Positions 35,177 to 38,415 of a stretch of DNA of 38,415 bases are shown here, piece by piece. The stretch covers positions 6,487 to 44,901 of the forward strand of contig NW_014040185.1 of the NCBI RefSeq assembly GCF_001186125.1, in the 5' to 3' direction. Every line of letters begins with the position of its first letter. Within the stretch, counting starts at the first letter, position 1. The position numbers were made by a program, and so were the translations under genes. The notes under the pieces are model-generated. The model searched no databases, had not been told where the DNA came from, and was given only the letters and a program-made list of their open reading frames with translations. Origin of the DNA: Sphaeroforma arctica JP610 (Eukaryota).

Positions 35177-37033
35177 CTAGAAGTGAACGTCCATCAGCTT
35201 CTCCTCTAACAAGGACTTCCGACGTGTGGTGTTGACAAAGGTTTCGTCCACCACCGGTTTGGCCGCCAAGTCTCTGTAGCGCGCAATGTCCTTGGGCTCG
35301 TACATGCCCTGAACAATCGCATTCACGGCCGTGAATAGCGGGAAGTCTTTCTCCCAGCCCTTCATTTTTAGGACCGCCTGCACCTCATTTGAGGTCAGGA
35401 CACCCTGCAGCTTCTGGCCGTTGAGCAGCTCGCTTTCGAGCTGGTCGAAAGTCTTCTGGCCCTTGCACTTCGCAAATGCCATAGATACCATGCGGTTGCG
35501 TCCGCCGCAACACGTGGCAAACAGATCCGCCATACCACAGGACTCGTTGAAGGTCTCATCACGCACCGTCGAGAATATACGCTTGGCAAAGGTACGCATC
35601 TCACTCAGCCCCTGCCTGAGCACCGCCGCCTTGGCATTGTGGCCCAATTCACACCCGTCCACAAACCCGGCTGCCACCGCTACGACGTTCTTGAGCGTAC
35701 CGGCCAGCTCAGCGCCTTCCACATCATTGATCACGTTGACATTGTAGAAGGATGTGTCGAACAGGCTCTTAAAGATGGTCCCGTGTTCGGGAAAGTGCGA
35801 CGCTACCGTCCCCTCGCACAGAGTTCCCGGGGCCAGCTCGGTTGCTATGTTGGCCCCCATCAACACACTGCACTCCATGTGTAGTATGCGTCTGACCATG
35901 GTTGAGATTAATTGCGGGCCGTCGTGCCGCACTCGCATGCCCTTGATCAGCGATATGGCGATACAGTTGTCCTTGATGTTGAGTTGTATTTGCATGCACA
36001 GCTTGTGTACAAACTGGTGCGGAGTGCAGAATATGAGGATATCTGCGTCCTTGACTGTATCCACCAGATCTGGATTGGCCACCACGTTGTCTCCATACTT
36101 GACACCGGGCATATACTTTGGATTTTCTTTCAATTCGTTCATCTTGTCTGTCAGCTTACCCCCCTCGTAGTCCTCCTCAAACACCCACATATCCACCCTC
36201 TTGTCAAACAAGGGGGTTTCCCGAGCATTCTTGCTCACCATCTGCATCGCCGCACACGCCCACGCACCCGAGCCAACCATGGCCACCTTTAGTTTCGGTA
36301 TGGCATCTGTTAGCTCGTCATGTGACGTAATCCACCAGTCAGCGTTCTCTTTGACATACGACCGCTCCACAACACCACCGTATCCTACAAACATATCAGC
36401 ACCTCCAGTCTGTTCAACGGCCTCCAAATCGGTTATACCATCACCTACCATAACAATAGTATTATACGGGTTCAGTGTGCGGATGCGTCTGATTGCCTCG
36501 GGTTTGCCACCCTCGCGACTGGTGGGCTCATTCGCATCAAACCCTTTGGCGTGTATCTCCGGGTATCCATTTGGACCTACCTTATCACTCGCCATGTACA
36601 CAAACCTGTTAGCAAATATATTCTCACGCGGAATATTCAGTGCGTCGGCAACCGGCAAGATAAGCTCACGGAATCCGCCAGAGATCAGAAACACCTCCAC
36701 ATTTCGCGCCTGTAATTCGGTAATCAATCGTCTGATTCCAGGCACTAATCGCTCTTCGGCCGGATTTGACTTGGCATATGCGATCAGTTTATCTATAGTT
36801 GGGTTCATGATATCTAGACGTTTCTGTAGAGCCTCGTCCAAGTCTAAGTTGCCATCCATTGCGGCGTTGGTAAGGTCGGCCACTTGATCCCCAACACCTA
36901 GAAAGCGGCCCAGACTATCCAGTGCATCTTCTTTGGTCACTGTGCAATCTACATCGAAGCATACGGCCTGCGCAGTTCGCCAGAGCCGCTCGCATTTCTC
37001 ACGCGACAGCTTGGTATGATCTTTAGCGGACAT
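35177..37033 (-). CDS. Bidomain phosphoserine-phosphatase-like HAD phosphatase / NAD-dependent glycerol-3-phosphate dehydrogenase (~618 aa), intronless
   Basis: HAD motifs FDVDCT, ISGGF, GGK and GDGITD. GPDH motifs GSGAWA, SLIKG, GTLKNVVA, ADLFATCCGGRN and GQKLQG. Likely start is ACAATCATG at 37033; an upstream in-frame ATG lies at 37168. Confidence 0.95.
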   Translation of the reverse strand: MSAKDHTKLSREKCERLWRTAQAVCFDVDCTVTKEDALDSLGRFLGVGDQVADLTNAAMDGNLDLDEALQKRLDIMNPTIDKLIAYAKSNPAEERLVPGIRRLITELQARNVEVFLISGGFRELILPVADALNIPRENIFANRFVYMASDKVGPNGYPEIHAKGFDANEPTSREGGKPEAIRRIRTLNPYNTIVMVGDGITDLEAVEQTGGADMFVGYGGVVERSYVKENADWWITSHDELTDAIPKLKVAMVGSGAWACAAMQMVSKNARETPLFDKRVDMWVFEEDYEGGKLTDKMNELKENPKYMPGVKYGDNVVANPDLVDTVKDADILIFCTPHQFVHKLCMQIQLNIKDNCIAISLIKGMRVRHDGPQLISTMVRRILHMECSVLMGANIATELAPGTLCEGTVASHFPEHGTIFKSLFDTSFYNVNVINDVEGAELAGTLKNVVAVAAGFVDGCELGHNAKAAVLRQGLSEMRTFAKRIFSTVRDETFNESCGMADLFATCCGGRNRMVSMAFAKCKGQKTFDQLESELLNGQKLQGVLTSNEVQAVLKMKGWEKDFPLFTAVNAIVQGMYEPKDIARYRDLAAKPVVDETFVNTTRRKSLLEEKLMDVHF

Positions 37034-37334
37034 GATTGTTTGCTTCCTGGGATAACGCGTGTGTGGACATAAGTATGACTTCTGTACAAGTGTATTGTAA
37101 ACTGAACCGGGGGGCGTAGCTTGATAGAAGAACACTATCGACCTTCTGTGATGCAATTTGAAGTTCATTATTATTACTTATTTTTCTTTTGATTTATTTT
37201 GTTCCATCATCGAAAAGATATGTGTAAATATTTCCTAATTTAGGTCTGGATGACGAAAGGTGGTGAGACAAATTACGTCATGAAAAGCTATCAAATTATT
37301 CACAGGTGCAGACTGCAGAGTGCTAAATACACAA

Positions 37335-37384
37335 ATAGCCTTCTAAATTATAATACAGGTGCTACGTATAATTTAGAAGGCTAT
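37335..37384. repeat. Perfect 18-bp inverted repeat with a 14-nt loop
   Basis: ATAGCCTTCTAAATTATA ... TATAATTTAGAAGGCTAT. Confidence 0.9.
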
Positions 37385-38239
37385 GGTGCTAATTATAATA
37401 ATTGTCTATTTTTTAAATAAAAAACAACAAAAACAATACCAGTAGTAGGCTTAATTATTTATATAAACACGTTTTAAAAATTTTAAAAAAATGTTGCGTG
37501 TGTGCGTTTAAATAAGGTTTATTTAGTAGATTGTCCTACGATTGTAGACTCCGTTAGCTCTATGTAACAGTCCACACGTCCGTGGCTTGATAGTTGATGG
37601 TCCTATTGTTGTGTTCTCTTCTATTTTTAAGTTCTTAGGTCTCTCGGTTGTAGGCGGCTGTACCGCTGTAGCCTGTAGCTATTGGGATAAATATTATTTA
37701 TTTCACACAAGATGTGTGGCAGAAGTATACATTTAACATTATTATAAACCAATGGGGACCTTTTAATATTGACGGTAAATAAATATAGCCTCTAGAGAGT
37801 CCTAGAGTGGCACAATGAGTCAATGTCTTTTTTACATCAAATGTTTTTCCTTTTTCGCTCCGACCGTCCTTAGGCGTCCAGCGTCCTACGAATCATCGTT
37901 TCGCCGTATGTACCTTCTGACTTCTGTTCCCTAAAAATCGTGGCGTGCGTCTCCTGTCACCAGCCACAAACCCTTTAAGCCCTCACCTGCTATGCTGGCA
38001 TTGTGGGGCTTCCATTCGTCTCTATTGAGGTATTGAGTTGGAAGTCCATACTACATTGATAAAATACTGGATATAACAAGTAGATAACTCTCTTGAAGTT
38101 CTCGGTTCCGACCTGCTTTGCCTTTGTCAGATTCGGGATGTATCTTCTGCGCAGTTATTAAAAAAAAAGCCCCAACAGACAATCCATTCCTAAACACAAA
38201 GTACCAGACAACAGTCAATGTAAAGTTAAACAAAGGTGA

Positions 38240-38415
38240 ATATACATATACATATACAAATACATACATATAAATACATATACATATACATATACAATAT
38301 ATATATATATTACAAATATACACATATACAAATATTCATATATACAAATATATATAAATACATATATATACATATATATGTATTTATATAAATACATACA
38401 TATATTCATATATTT
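38240..38415. repeat. AT-rich (TA/TACA)n low-complexity tract
   Basis: Direct reading. Confidence 0.9.

Noticed and set aside
35331..36887. Long plus-strand ORFs overlapping PSP-GPDH
   Set aside because: Antisense shadows of a GC-rich coding sequence with no recognisable motifs.
35177..37033. Apparent GC difference between the PSP half and the GPDH half as a sign of recent fusion
   Set aside because: Spot counts of individual lines overlapped between the halves; a proper GC3 calculation is needed before claiming anything.
37034..37168. 45-aa N-terminal extension of PSP-GPDH as a targeting peptide
   Set aside because: The ATG at 37033 has better context and the extension looks like UTR; it cannot be excluded without transcript data.

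Overview
AT-rich eukaryotic genomic window with microsatellite-filled introns and two assembly gaps. The style and the PSP-GPDH fusion would fit a unicellular holozoan such as an ichthyosporean, but that is inference only. From left to right it holds: (1) a small minus-strand ORF with a mitochondrial-type N-terminus; (2) an intronless globin-fold gene whose proximal His appears replaced by Tyr; (3) a hAT-type MITE with a perfect 8-bp TSD; (4) a 13.3-kb nest of three decayed Ty3/gypsy LTR retrotransposons (A contains C, which contains B); (5) two chained long imperfect palindromes; (6) a 10-exon S1 serine protease-EGF gene with a GPI-type tail; (7) possible exons of a small unknown gene; (8) an intronless HAD phosphatase (PSP-like)/glycerol-3-phosphate dehydrogenase fusion. 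The most striking signal is hidden by frameshifts and missed by the ORF track. Element B carries a Dam-like N6-adenine DNA methyltransferase domain (NPPW motif at 8009-8020) between RNase H and a DDE integrase with a chromodomain-like tail, giving the order RT-RH-MTase-INT-chromo in an LTR/integrase element.
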